Positions 14,042 through 26,400 of a stretch of DNA of 64,000 bases are shown piece after piece. Source of the stretch: the human T2T-CHM13v2.0 reference genome, Homo sapiens; NCBI RefSeq assembly GCF_009914755.1, contig NC_060948.1, one strand, 5' to 3'. The position numbers were made by a program, and so were the translations under genes. Position 1 is the stretch's first letter; each line of letters begins with the position of its first letter. Below the pieces are notes generated by a model, which had not been told where the DNA came from, did no database searches, and saw only the letters and a program-made list of their open reading frames with translations.

Positions 14042-15248
14042 TAATGTTACATGAAAAATAACCTCTGATATGACAAACTTATTAAGCATTTACAATAGAA
14101 TTTCAATTTCATCCATTCTTAAAAGTCACATTTTTTAGAGTTAAGTAATGAGGGGGAAAGTTTCATAATTTTACCATGACAGAAAAAATTTTCATAGAAG
14201 TGATCAGAAATGTTTTGCATTGAGAAAAAGCCAACATTTTCAAATAAAGAGTGGGTGCACAGTGGTTGCTGTGTAAGTGGAAAAAAAAGGGGACCTACCG
14301 ATTTTTCAGGATAATAAATAATTCAATACACAAATGCCAAGAACAAGCCTGGAAACAGGTCTCACGCTCCGCCAGCCACAGGGACACTATAACTAAGACA
14401 GCAGCACCCACACAGCCACTTCAACCTTGACCTCTAAGAGGAAAGAGAAAAAGCAGGTGTGGGGCATCCCAGAAGATGGGATTTTCAGTCAACAAGATTT
14501 GGCTCTTTCAGCGCTTGAAAAATCTCAGCCATTACTGACAGGATGGCTTACTTTTATTTTCACACTGAAAATGTGCTTTTAACTCTTTATTCACAGAACC
14601 AGTTTTCGAACTACAAGGTAAGATTTCTTAGACCTAGAACAGTGTCTGAATGTTTTCAACCACAAGCAACCAGTTTCCCTCCACCAAATATCCTTGCCTC
14701 TTACTATAAAGCCAAAAAATGAAAACAAGTCTCGATCTCCTAAATATACTCATAGTCTTTTCAAAAGCCATTTTTCACCAATTAAGTTTCATTTAAAAAG
14801 ACACTTTGAAAACATAAACATGGGAAAATCAATAAGGCACACCTCTATTTTGTTGTATTTCCCTCAAAAGAAAATATTTTTTTCTTCATTAAAATGCAAA
14901 AATTTTCACATGACTCCACTTGTTCAGCTACATTTGGCCGGAAGGTACTCAAAGTTACAAATGAAACATTAAATTCTCATAAACAGCAGCAGCCAAAACT
15001 GATTTCAACCCATCCCTTACAGCATCTGAAATCCTGATGGAAAGGATGATGAAATTAGAATAAAAACAGCTTATGGCCTTCTACTTTGGCCTAAAAACCA
15101 GTCTTACTAAAACTGCTTTCACAGAAAGCATTTACTTCCCACAAAGACAACATTCCTTTTAATTATGTTTATCTCTTCTGCCAATTTTGAAAACTGTGTT
15201 CCCACCTTTATGTAAATTATAAAAGCAAACCTGTAATGAAAACAAATG

Positions 15249-15862
15249 GGAGCCACGCATGGTGGCTCACGCCTATAATGCCAACACTTTAGGAGGCTGA
15301 GGCAAGCCCAGAAGTTTGAGGCCTATGAAACATAAGGAGACTCCATTTCTTTTTTTATTTTTATTTTTTGTTTGTTTTTTTGAGACTGAGTCTTGCTCTG
15401 TCACCGTGGCTGGAACGCAGTGGCACAATCTCGACTCACTGTAACCTCCACCTCCCAGGTAAGCAATTCTCCAACCTCAGCCTCCCGAGTAGCTGGGATT
15501 ACAGGCACATGCCACCATGCCTAGCTAATTTTTGTATTTTTTTAGTTGAGATGGGGTTTCGCCTTGTTGGCCAGGCTGGTCTCGAACTCCTGACCTTGTG
15601 ATCCACCCACCTCGGGCTTCCAAAGTGCTGGGATTACAGGCATGAGCCACTGCACTAGGCCAGGAGACCCCGTTTCTAAAAAAATAAAAGTAAATTAGCT
15701 GGACATGGTGGCACATGCCTGTGGTCCCAGCCACCCAGGAGTCTGAGGTGGGAGGATCGCTTCAGCCCGGGAAGTCAAGGCTGTAGGGAACCATGTTCAC
15801 GCCACTGCACTCCATAGTGAGCCACACAGTGAGATCCTGTCTCAAAAAAAAAAAAAAAAAAA
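15249..15862 (+). mobile_element. AluJ split by a nested antisense AluS
   Basis: Left part 15249-15350 and right part 15662-15862; the target site AGGAGACYCCRTTTCT is duplicated on both sides of the insert. Confidence 0.85.
15351..15661 (-). mobile_element. AluS nested in AluJ
   Basis: T-rich tail followed by an antisense Alu ending CTAGGCC. Confidence 0.9.
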
Positions 15863-16263
15863 GGCTTGCTAAATGCTAAAATCAAGTGATATTAAACTAA
15901 GACCCAAAGGCTGAGTAACAGTTATCTTGGAGTTGTGATGGAGGCATCTGCATGGGAGACAGCGATAGATATGTCAAAGCCATGCCAAAAACTATGGTAC
16001 CTGGCTCAACTGAGGAAAGGAAAGGCCAAGGCAGCCAGAATGACGCAGGATCCGACTGGAGGCCTGAGGCGGGGTAAAAGAATGAGGCATGTATTCAGAA
16101 TTAGGCCACAATCATCATTTGGGATGTTATTAAAAAAAATAACATCTGAAGTTCTGCCTTATACATACATAAAACAATATAAGCTGAATCTGACTCTAGG
16201 TTAAGAGATGCCATGAAAAAGGTTTCTCAAACAAATAAAAGCCACTTAATAATAGAACCCCTG

Positions 16264-16520
16264 GGCCGGATGTAGTGGTTCCTGCCTGTAATCCCAGTAA
16301 CATGGGAGGCTGAGGTGGGCAGCTCACTTGAGCCCAGGAGTACAAGACCAGCCTGGGCAACATAGAGACCCTGTCTCTATATTACGAAAAGCAAGAGGCA
16401 GGAGAATCACTTGAACATGGGAGGCAGAGGTTGCAGCGAGCCGAGGTTGCAGCACTCCAGCTGGGTGACATAATGAGACTCCATCTCAAAAACAAATGAA
16501 CAAATAATACACAATAAAAT
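16264..16520 (+). mobile_element. Alu with internal deletion
   Basis: The left arm joins directly to GAGGCAGGAGAATC of the right arm. Confidence 0.85.
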
Positions 16521-16597
16521 AATAGAAACGTCTATCAAAATTAATGAAGTGATCATTAAAGTGGATCATGTTCTAAGGCTAAAATGGCTTCTATGGG

Positions 16598-16879
<282 letters not shown>

Positions 16880-18179
16880 CTAAGGCAATTATTTAGTTGC
16901 CTGAGTTCCAAGAGCTGAAGATTGACACCTTCTTTCATATGGTTTTACGATAAAAGCTAGAAAGTTGAATTGCACAGACATTCCATTTAAAATTTAAATT
17001 AAAAAAACACACACTGAAAACATTTCAACATTTCAAAACAGTAACTTTTAGTTATTTGAATTCATTCAATTTTTCTATAAAGTTTACCAAACGGGTCACA
17101 ATTCCTACAGAACACTGACTACACAGCAATTTAAATAAGTTGATACAACATGCTGTTAGATAAGCAATGTATCTTCACCTATTCACTAGCAAATACCTTG
17201 CTATTAAATAACACTCATCCACTACACTTACCATTTGACCGATGAAGAGACTTATACAAGGTAATGGACAGACCTAAACACTTATTTTGGCAACCAAATG
17301 TAGATTATTTTCTGAACCAGCATTTACTGATACTCTCTCTGTTATTTAATGGATGATGGGCTCATTGCCCATATGCAAAGTAAATTTCCTCTTACATTTG
17401 ATGAACCATTAATTTTACTATGTAAAACACCAAAGTACCAGTTGCAAAGTAATATTACAGGACTTGCTCAATCACTCTCAAAAGACACTAACAGAACTCT
17501 AAGTATTCCACGCAGCCAACATTTAATAAAAGAAATCAAGAGCTCAGAGACGCCAAATAAAATCTCAGGGTCTCTGATTTTGAACTATCCTAGTTATGCC
17601 ATTAATGGCATTTGCACACAACAAAAATAGTAACTGTTTCAATAGTACTTTTTCCACAAGCAATATCATCTTACATGTTGGCTGAATAAGTCTCATTGCC
17701 TCAAAAAGGATCAAAAGATTCTAAGTTTTGCAGTTCAACAATTGTGAACAATTTTATTTCTCATTTCAAGTGTAAAGGATATTGCTCAAATCACCGCATG
17801 AAACTCTCTCCTCATGTAAGAAAGCCTGAAATCTGATTTCTCTACCAAAAAAAAAAAAAAAATCCAGTTCTTGCAAATGGATACAAAACTACTCATAACC
17901 TGCAAAAACCATGAAACCTAAGCATGTTACATCTTAACTGTTATAAGAAAAATAGTTAAAGCAAAGGGAGCTGTCAGAGAATCTTCATTTTCCCAGTGTC
18001 TTCCAAAACTTCTTGGAACTCGTATACAAGAATACCTTTCAAAAACACAACAGAAGCAGAAAACGTCAATCGGGCACCAGGAAAAGAGCAGGCCTAGAGA
18101 AAAACCTAGACTCCCCTGCCACCGACCTTCCCAAATGACACAGATACAAGCGTTAACAGCACAATCCCTCTGAGAGGGG

Positions 18180-18360
18180 ATTGAAACAATGTGGCAGGTA
18201 CGGACACACACACATACACACACACAGGACTGAATCAATGTGGCAGGGACACACACACACAAGACTGAATCCATGTGGCAGGGACACACACACGACTGAA
18301 TGTGGCAGGGACACACACACACACAGAATCCAAGTGGCAGGGACACACATACACACACTC
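18180..18360. repeat. Compound minisatellite: five units of TGTGGCAGG-(CA)n
   Basis: Repeated (AA)TGTGGCAGGGACACACACAC...GACTGAAT units of about 30-50 bp. Confidence 0.9.
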
Positions 18361-18591
18361 TCACATCACTCCCCACTCCCTTCCCCAACGCCCTGGATGA
18401 TGAAATGAGAAACGGAAATTAACATTTCAGGCAACGTCTCACATTGTTCCTTAAGGGCAAGAGCTGCTGTTGAAGCCGCCACCGCCGCCGCTTTCCTCCC
18501 AACTCCCTCCTCCGACCTGCCTACCCTCCCCCCTAATAACCCCCACACTGTTGGCCCGCATTCCAGTCCCTACTCGAACCTACGCGCGCCT

Positions 18592-18643
18592 CCAGCAACC
18601 CTGCCTTTCGCCCGCCCCCAGCAACCCTGCCTTTCGCCCGCCC
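18592..18643. repeat. Perfect 26-bp tandem duplication containing GC boxes
   Basis: CCAGCAACCCTGCCTTTCGCCCGCCC occurs twice in tandem. Confidence 0.95.
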
Positions 18644-18708
18644 CTTCCGGCTGGGATCCCGGCAGCTGCCTGCTCTCATTCCAGAAGAGCAATAATAATA
18701 GGAACGCT

Positions 18709-19032
18709 GGCCAGGCGCAGTGGCTCACTCCTGTAATACCAGCACTTTGGGAGGCCAAGGTGAGCGGATTACGAGGTCAGGAGATCGAGACCATCCTGGC
18801 TAACACGGTAAAACCCCGTCTTTACTAAAAATACCAAAAAAATTTAGCTAGGCATGGTGGGGGCGCCCGTAGTCCTAACTACTCGGGAGACTGAGGCAGG
18901 AGAATGGCGTGAACCCGGGAGGCGGAACTTGCAGTGAGCTGAGATCGCGCCATTGCACTGTAGCCTGAGCGACTGAGCAAGACTCCGTCTCAAAAATAAA
19001 TAAATAAATAAAATAAAAAGAATACTACTACT
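18709..19032 (+). mobile_element. AluY
   Basis: Contains GAGATCGAGACCATCCTGGCTAAC and GGAGAATGGCGTGAACCCGGG; 18-bp TSD AATAATAATAGGRACGCT (18691-18708 and 19033-19050). Confidence 0.95.
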
Positions 19033-19059
19033 AATAATAATAGGGACGCTGAGAATAAC

Positions 19060-20620
19060 AACTACGACCAGAACCGAACAGCGAAGGCGCCCCTGTTGTG
19101 TGTTAGAAGTCGGCGCCCCCCGAGTTCCGCAGCAGTCAACACCTGCCCAGGGCCCCCCTCGGCAGCCCCTCACAGCAGCCCCCGGGCTCCCAGAACCCCC
19201 AGGCGCTCCCGGAAGCCCCCAGTCGGTCCCCCACAGCCCCCTGGGGACCTTCTGCCCCGCCAGCCCCGCCCCGGAGCCCCCCGTCCGCCCCGCACAGCGG
19301 CCTCGGGTCCCCCTAACCGTCGCTCCGAGCCCCTCGAGCTCCCAAGCCCGCTTGGAGCCCCCTGTTGGCCCTTCACGACCTCCCCGAGCCCCCAAAGTCC
19401 ACCGCCCACCCCGATCCCGGCCCTCCAGGCCTGACCCAAGGCCCACACAGCAGCTCTGTCGGCTGGGAAGGCCTGCAGGCTGCAAGGCCGCGCGAATGCC
19501 CCGGGCCAGCCCCAACCACTGTCCCTAGGCCAGCGGCGTCTCTTACTGGGATTCGAAGACTGGACGGCTCCCCGGCGGCTCAGCGGCGGGGCGCGAGCGC
19601 TGCCCATGCAGCCCGTGGCGGCGTTTCCCCGGCGGCGCTACCGCAGCGGGAAGGCGGAGCAGGCTCGAGGCCTGGCCGAATTGCGGGCAGGCGGTATGCT
19701 AGCCCGCCACTCGGCTGCGCGGCACCTGTTGCGGAGGACTACTGAGGGGGCATCTGGCCGCAAGCTCACCGGAGGCGCCTCCCCAACTGAAGATCTCGGT
19801 CCATCTCAGGGTGGCCTCTGACTCTCCGACCCGGCGCTGGTGCAGGCTGCATGAGAAGCTCTGGCCCATTGTCCCCGCACCCCACACCCCTTATCCGTCA
19901 CAGCCATTGGCCCGCCCCAGTTGGCCGCAGGGACTGAGCAAGTTATGCGGTCGGGAAGACGTGCGTTAAAGGGCTGAAGGGGAGGGACGGAACTGACAGT
20001 CTCTGTGACAGCTCTGAGGTGGGAGTAGGAGGACGTCGCATTGACGATTGGGCAGGGTCCTGCGTAAGGGAGCACACGACCCTGGAAGTAGCGAGCAACC
20101 GGATTGGCGGTTTCCTTCGCAAACGTCTTGCCTTCTGGGGCCTGGCAATTGGTCTTTCCAAGTGTCGGAAGCGACGGGGATATGGTCTGGAAACATCTGG
20201 TTTTGAACATCTGGTATTGAAGCGCTGGGAGGCAAAACGTCTGCCCCGCGCGCCCATGCGGCGAGTGTCGGTCCGTGCCCCTGCTCAAGGACAGCTCGGG
20301 CCACGTGCGCCCCGGTCCCCAGAAGGCCTGGCTCCGGACTGTGCTGCCCTGGGGCGTCACTGGGCAAGGAGAGCAGTGGGTCGGCGTCGAGGGGAGGGGA
20401 CCTGGGCTTCGGAGCGGTTGCTCCGGGTGGGCACTGGCCGCGCAACCCCTCTCCCGCGCAGAGACGCTAGCTCCACCGTGAGCGGGAACGGCCCTTGGGC
20501 GGGTTGTAGCGTTGGCTCCAGATTCCCTGGGTCTCGCGCACTGAGAGCCTGAGCCGCCTGAGGGAGGCAAAGCGCCCTGGAGCCGCGTCCCCTGCCTTGC
20601 AAGTTAGTTCTCCAACACGC
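19060..20620. promoter_or_regulatory. CpG island promoter
   Basis: Very GC- and CpG-rich non-repeat sequence with CCAAT boxes (ATTGG at about 19906, 20048, 20103, 20148), GC boxes (CCCGCCCC) and an ETS-like CGGAAG. Confidence 0.9.
19547..19900 (-). ncRNA. Candidate first exon of a minus-strand lncRNA (5' boundary uncertain)
   Basis: Donor-like CCCA|GTAAGA at 19547/19546, followed on the minus strand by a G-rich stretch typical of first introns. No convincing coding frame. A TTTY14/FAM239-like identity is only a guess. Confidence 0.4.
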
Positions 20621-20731
20621 GAAAAGGGTAGAGAGAACTGATGCGGTGACAGAAGCATTGGGTGAAGTTCACTTGGCACCACCCAATTTCTAATTCAGCC
20701 ATATTTTTCATAGTTCTACAAACAAACGTCC

Positions 20732-21705
20732 AGCTGGGTCTGGGTGCTGTAATCCCTGCACTTTGGGAGGCCCAGGCGAGAGGCTGTATTGAAGCCAAGA
20801 GTTTGAGACCAGCCTGGGCAAAACAGCAAGACTCCATCTCTACAAAAGTTTAAAAAATTATGTAGATATGATGGTGTGTGCTGCTAGTCCCAACTACTTG
20901 GGAAGCTAAGACGAGAGGATCGCTTGAGGCCAGGAATTTGAGACCAGCCTGGACTCCATGTATAGAAATATGTATGTGTGTGTGTGTGTGTATTTAAAAA
21001 TATATATGTGTATGTGTGTGTATATGTGTGTGTTTATATGTGTGTGTATATATGTGTGTGTTTGTGTGTGTATATATATATAGATGGGTGTGATTGTGCA
21101 CACTTGTGGTCCCAGCTACTTGGGAGGCTGAGGTAGGAGAATCACTGAGCCTTGGAGGTTGAGACTCTAGTGAGCTATGACTGCACCACTGCACTTCAGC
21201 CTGGCCAACAGAGCAAGACCTTGTCTTGCTCTGTTTTCATATATATATATGCTGGGTATGGTGGCGCACACCTGTGGTCCCAGCCACTCAGGAGGCTGAG
21301 ATGGGAGGATTGGTTGAGTCCAGGAGGTCAAAGCTGCAGTAAGCCATGATTGCACCAGTGCACTCTTTCCTGGGCCACGGCAAGACTCTGTCTCTAAAAA
21401 AATAAAAGGGCACAGACACCCACAGAGGGATGACCACGTGAGGATGCATTGCTTGAGCCTGGGAAGTTGTGGCTACACTGAGCTGTGATCACGCCACTGC
21501 ACTTACCAGGCTCAAGTGATCCTCCTGCCCTAGCCTCCTAAGCAGGTGAGACCACAGTTTTGTGTCACCACTCCCGGCTAATTAATTATTTGTAGAAATG
21601 AAGTTCTAGGTTGCTCAGGCTGGTCTGAAAATCCTGGGCTCCAGTGATCCGCCTTGGCCTCCCAAAGTGCTGGGATTATAGGCATGAGCCTCTGTGCCCA
21701 GACCA
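20732..21705. mobile_element. Cluster of AluJ fragments with a short MaLR piece
   Basis: Several partial arms on + (20732-21503) and one on - (21505-21702); the MaLR-like GATGACCACGTGAGGA lies at about 21430. Confidence 0.8.
20965..21082. repeat. (TG)n/(TA)n compound microsatellite
   Basis: Read directly from the sequence. Confidence 0.95.
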
Positions 21706-22373
21706 ACTGAATTCTTAATTGGTGTCTTGGTAGTTCATTAGTTAATCTGCCTCAGTTTCCTTTAAATGTTTGACCCTAGGCCGTGCACAGTGTCTCTGGC
21801 CTGTAATTCCAACACTTTGGAGAGAAGTGTTTGGGATACTGAGGTGGGCAGATCACCAGAGGTTAGGAGTTCCAGACCAGCCTGGCCAACATGGTGAAAC
21901 CCTGTCTCTATTAAAGATACAAAATTACCCAGGCGTAGTTGTGGGCACCTGTAATCCCAGCCACTCGGGAGGCTGAGGCAGGAGAATTCCTTGAACTCGG
22001 GAGGGAGAGGTGGGTAAGCTTCAGTTGCACCACTGCACTCCAGCCTGGGCAACGAGAGTGAAACTCTGTCTCAAAAACAAAACAAACTAAAAAATACTGA
22101 GCTTGTCCTCTGGCTAAGCTCTATTAAGAAGGTTGTGTGCTGTCATCCTGTTGTACGTATTTGAGAAAAGTTCTAGATTTCACTTCTTGTCCATCTTTCA
22201 TTTGATCTTTAACAAAAAAACAAATGGAGACAAGGTCTTGCTCTGTTGGCCAGGCTGAAGTGCAGTGGTGCAGTCATAGCTCACTAGAGTCTCAACCTCC
22301 AAGGCTCAGTGATTCTCCTACCTCAGCCTCCCAAGTAGCTGGGACCACAAGTGTGCACAATCAAACCCATCTA
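21081..22373. repeat. 146-bp inverted repeat (21081-21226 and 22228-22373), 145/146 identical
   Basis: Base-by-base reverse-complement comparison shows one mismatch, at 21090. Confidence 0.95.
21779..22095 (+). mobile_element. AluS
   Basis: Full Alu with an (AAAAC)n tail. Confidence 0.85.
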
Positions 22374-22437
22374 ATTTTTTTTTTTTTTCACTTTTTGTAG
22401 CAGTGAAGTCTTGATCGCCTGGCTTCAAGTGAACCTC

Positions 22438-23196
22438 TGGAGAGACAGGACTAGCTGGATTTTCTAGGCCAACTAAGAATCCCTAAGCCTAGCTGGGAAG
22501 GTGACTACATCCACCTTTAAACATGGGGCTGGCAACTTAGCTCACACCCAACCAATAAGGTAGTAAAGAGAGCTCACTAAAATGCTAATTAGGCAAAAAC
22601 AGGAGGTAAAGAAATAGCCAATCATCTATTGCCTGAGAGCACAGAGGAAGGGACAATGATCGGGATATAAACCCAGGCATTCAAGCCAGCAATGGCTACC
22701 CTCTTTGGGTCCCCTCCGTTTGTATGGGAGCTCTGTTTTCATGCTATTTTAAAGTCTTGCAACTGCACACTCTTCTGATCCATGTTTGTTACAGCTTGAG
22801 CTGAGCTTTTGCTCACCATCCAGCAATGCTCTTTGCCACCATCACAGACCCGCCACTGACTTCCATCCCTCTGGATCCAGCAGGGTGTCAGCTGTGCTCT
22901 TGATCCAGTGAGGCACCTGTTGCCACTCCCAGTTGGGCTAAAGGCTCACCATTGTTCCTGCAAGGCTAAGTGCGCGGGTTTGTCTAGTTGAGCTGAACTA
23001 GTTGAGCTGGGTTCCACAGTTCTCTTCTGTGACCCATGACTTCTAATAGAGCTGTAACACTCACAGCATGGCCCGAGATTCCTACTTGGAATGCATGAGG
23101 CCAAGAACCCCAGGTCAGAGTAGAAGAGGCTCACCACCATCTTGGAAGTGGCCCCCACCATCTTGGGAGCTCTAGAAGCAAGTCCCCCTGGCAACC
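22438..23196 (+). mobile_element. 5' LTR17
   Basis: Starts GAGAGACAGGACTAGCTGGAT...AAGAATCCCTAAGCCTAGC; contains CCAAT and TATAAA at about 22666. Confidence 0.95.
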
Positions 23197-23199
23197 TTT

Positions 23200-23217
23200 T
23201 GGCAACCACAAAGGGAC
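23200..23217 (+). promoter_or_regulatory. HERV-W primer binding site
   Basis: TGGCAACCACAAAGGGAC lies directly after the 5' LTR. Confidence 0.85.
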
Positions 23218-25089
23218 CTCCAAAGCAGTGAGTAATATTGGACCACTTTTGCTTGCTATTCTGTCCTACCCTTCCTTAGAATTGGAGGAAAATACTGGGC
23301 ACCTGTCAGGTAGTTAAAAACGTTAGCATGGTGCTGGACTTAAGACTCAGGTATGAGGCTGTCTGGGATAGAGCTTTCTAACAATCTCAACCCTTCTTGG
23401 TCGGGAGCATTGGTCTGCCTAGAACCAGCATCCTCTTTGATTATTCCTGGGGAAGCAGAGGGCTAACTAGAGGCAGAAAGCTGTCATCCCTAACTCCCAG
23501 CATTAGCTGTTTGAGATCATGGTGCAGCCAGAAGTCTCTACTCAACAGTCGCCCATGCGTGTGCCCCCACCTTTCCTTCTGATCTATACCTCCTGGGTCC
23601 TGACCATGACTTTCTTGAAAGTGTAGCCCCAAAATTCTCCTTACTTCTGAATCTACTTCCTCCAATCCCTGCCTCCTAATTAATAATGGTTCAGACTTTC
23701 ATTTCCTCTAGCAAGTTGTATCTCCAAAGGGATCTAAGGAAGCTCTAAGCTGCATCCTTAGGCCCCTAGGCTATGAACCCAGAGAGTCTTTTCCCTGATA
23801 TCCCTCCCAATTTATGCATACAGCTCTCAACATGGGCAGTTATGTGGGACCCATTCCCCACTACCCTTGCCAAGGCCCCAGGTTTCTAAAGGGCTAGCAG
23901 AAAACAGAGAGACAGAGGGGAGAGAAAGAGAGAGAGGCAAAGCAAGAGTCAAAAAGAGAAAGAAAGAAGAAAGAGAAAGAAAGATAGAAGAAAAAAACAG
24001 TGTGCCCTATTCCTTTAAAAGCCAGGGTAAATTTAAAGCCTGTAATTGATAATTGAAGGTCTTCTCCAAGACCCTATAACACTCCAATACTACCTTGTTG
24101 GCATTGTAAACAAGGTCATAACCTGAAAACACTGAGACCACTGGCAACTCGTAGCCATCCTATCAAAAATCCTTAACCCAGGAACCTACAGATGGCCCAA
24201 ATGCATTCAATTTGTAGCAGTAACTACTTTGCTAACAGAAGAAAGTAGAAAAGTAACTTTTGGGCGAAACCTCTTTGTGAGCACATCTCACCATTTCAGA
24301 ATTATTCTAAGTCAAAAAAGCATAAAGGTAGCTTACTAACTCAAAAATCTTAAAGTATGGGGCTATTCTTTAGAAAAAGGTGATTTAACATTAACCACTG
24401 AAAATTCCCTTAACCCAGCAGATATCCTAACAGGGAATTTAAATCTTAATTGCCATACAAAAGTCCGACCACACCTACGAGGAACTCCCTTCAGGACAGG
24501 AGGATAGATGGTTCATCCCAGGTGATTGAGGGGGAAAAAACAAAAATACAATGGTTATTCAGTAATTGATAGGGAGACTCTTGTGGAAGCAGAGTTAGGA
24601 AAATTGCCTAATAATTGGTCTGCTCAAACGTGCTAGCTGTGTGCACTCAGCCAAACATTAAAGTACTTACAGAATCAAAAAGACTGTACCTCAATCCTGA
24701 CTCAAAAGGTTACCTACACCCTCTCTGAAATAAATTTGCGTAAGAACTGTTGTTTATAGCAATGCATATTGATGGGGCAGCTGGGTTGTTATGAAATACT
24801 CAGGAACCCAGCCCAGCTCTAGAACTCACCTATGAGTACAAAGGCAATGTTGGGCACACTTGGTAAAGGACCACTAGAATCCAGCAGCCCAGACCACTTT
24901 CTTTCTTGGTGGTCAAGAAGGGCAGGAAAACAGGTACAGTACTGCCGCATTGGTGAGCATAACTTATCCATTAAGCAGAAGTCCATTGGTGGTTACACAC
25001 CCTGGAAAAGTATAAGCATTATGACCATAGAGGACACTCTAGGACTAATGCTCATCAGAAAATGACTGGGGTGCTGATATTCCCCCCAA

Positions 25090-25975
25090 GGCAAACATTC
25101 CCTCCAAGGCAAAGATGCCCCAAAGATGTATTCTGGAGTATTCAGCCCAGTCAGAGAATATGTACCTGTTTCCTTGTCAGACTTGAAGAAAATTGAAATA
25201 GACCTAAGTAAATTCTCAGATAACCTTGATGGCTATGTTAATGTTTTGTAAGGGTTAGGACAATCCTTTGACCTGACATGGAGAGAAATAATGTTACTGC
25301 TAGATTGGACGCTAACCCCAAATGAGATAAGTGCCACCATAACTGCAGCCTGAGAGTTTGGCAATCTCTGCTCTCTCCATCAGGTCAATGATAGGATGAC
25401 AACAGAGGAAAGAGAACAATTCCCCACAGGCCAGCAGGCAGTTCCCAGTGTAGACCCTCAATGGGATGCAGAATCAGCAAATGTAGATTTGTGCCACAGA
25501 CATTTGCTAATTTGTGTGCTAGAAAGATTGAGAAAAACTAGGAAGAAGCCTATAAATTATTCAATGATGTCCACTATAACACAGGGAAAGGAAGAACAGC
25601 CTACTGCCTTTCTGGAGAGACTAAGAAAGCCGCTGAGGAAGCATACCTCTCTGTCACCTGACTGTGTTAAAGGCCAACTAATATTAAAGGATAACTTTAT
25701 CACTCATTCAGTTGCAGACATTAGAAAAAAACTTCAAAAGTCCACCTTTGGCCTGGAGCAAAACTTACTATACCCTATTGAACTTGGCAACCTCATTTTT
25801 TTATAATAGAGATCAGGAAGAGCAGGCGGCAAATTGAATGCCTAATGGGGCTTGCTTCCAGTGCAGTCTGCAAGGACACTTTAAAAAGATTGTCCAAATA
25901 GAAATAAGCCACCCCCTCATCCATGCCCCTTATGTCAAGGGAATCACTGGAAGGCCCGCTGCCCCAGGGGATGAA
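25090..25975 (+). pseudogene. HERV-W gag remnant (partly deleted; capsid and nucleocapsid)
   Basis: Translates to MTTEEREQFPTGQQAVPSVDP...ITQGKEEQPTAFLERLR with Zn-knuckle remnants; contains multiple stops. Confidence 0.9.
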
Positions 25976-26039
25976 GGTTCTCTGAGTCAGAAGCCACTAA
26001 ACAGATGATCCAGCAGCAGGACTGAGGGTGCCCAGGGCA

Positions 26040-26400
26040 AGTGCCAGCCAATGCCATCACCCTCACAGAGCCCCAGGTATGCTTGACCATTGAGGGCCAG
26101 GAGGTTAACTGTCTCCTGGACACTGGCATGGACTTCTCAGTCTTACTCTTCTGTCCTGGACAACTGTCCTCCAGATCTGTCACTATCAGAAGGGTCCTAG
26201 TATAGCCAGTCACTAGATACTTCTCCCAGCCACTAAGTTGGGACTGGGGAACTTTACTTTCACATGCTTTTCTAATTATACCTGAAAGCCCCACTCCCTT
26301 ATTAGGGAGAGACATTCTAGCAGAAGCAGGGGTCATTATACACCTGAACATAGGAGAAGGAACACCTGTTTGTTTCCACCTGCATGAGGAAGGAATTAAT
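26040..26400 (+). pseudogene. HERV-W protease remnant
   Basis: LLDTG active site (CTCCTGGACACTGGC, about 26113) and the LLGRDIL motif; contains stops. Confidence 0.9.

Noticed and set aside
18180-18360. CRISPR-like repeat-spacer appearance
   Set aside because: The context is eukaryotic, the spacers are simple CA tracts and there are no cas genes. It is a minisatellite.
18844-20682. Long ORFs (up to 254 aa) across the CpG island
   Set aside because: They overlap on both strands, are Pro/Gly/Arg/Ala low-complexity, have no recognisable domain, and one runs into an Alu. This is expected from stop-codon scarcity in GC-rich DNA.
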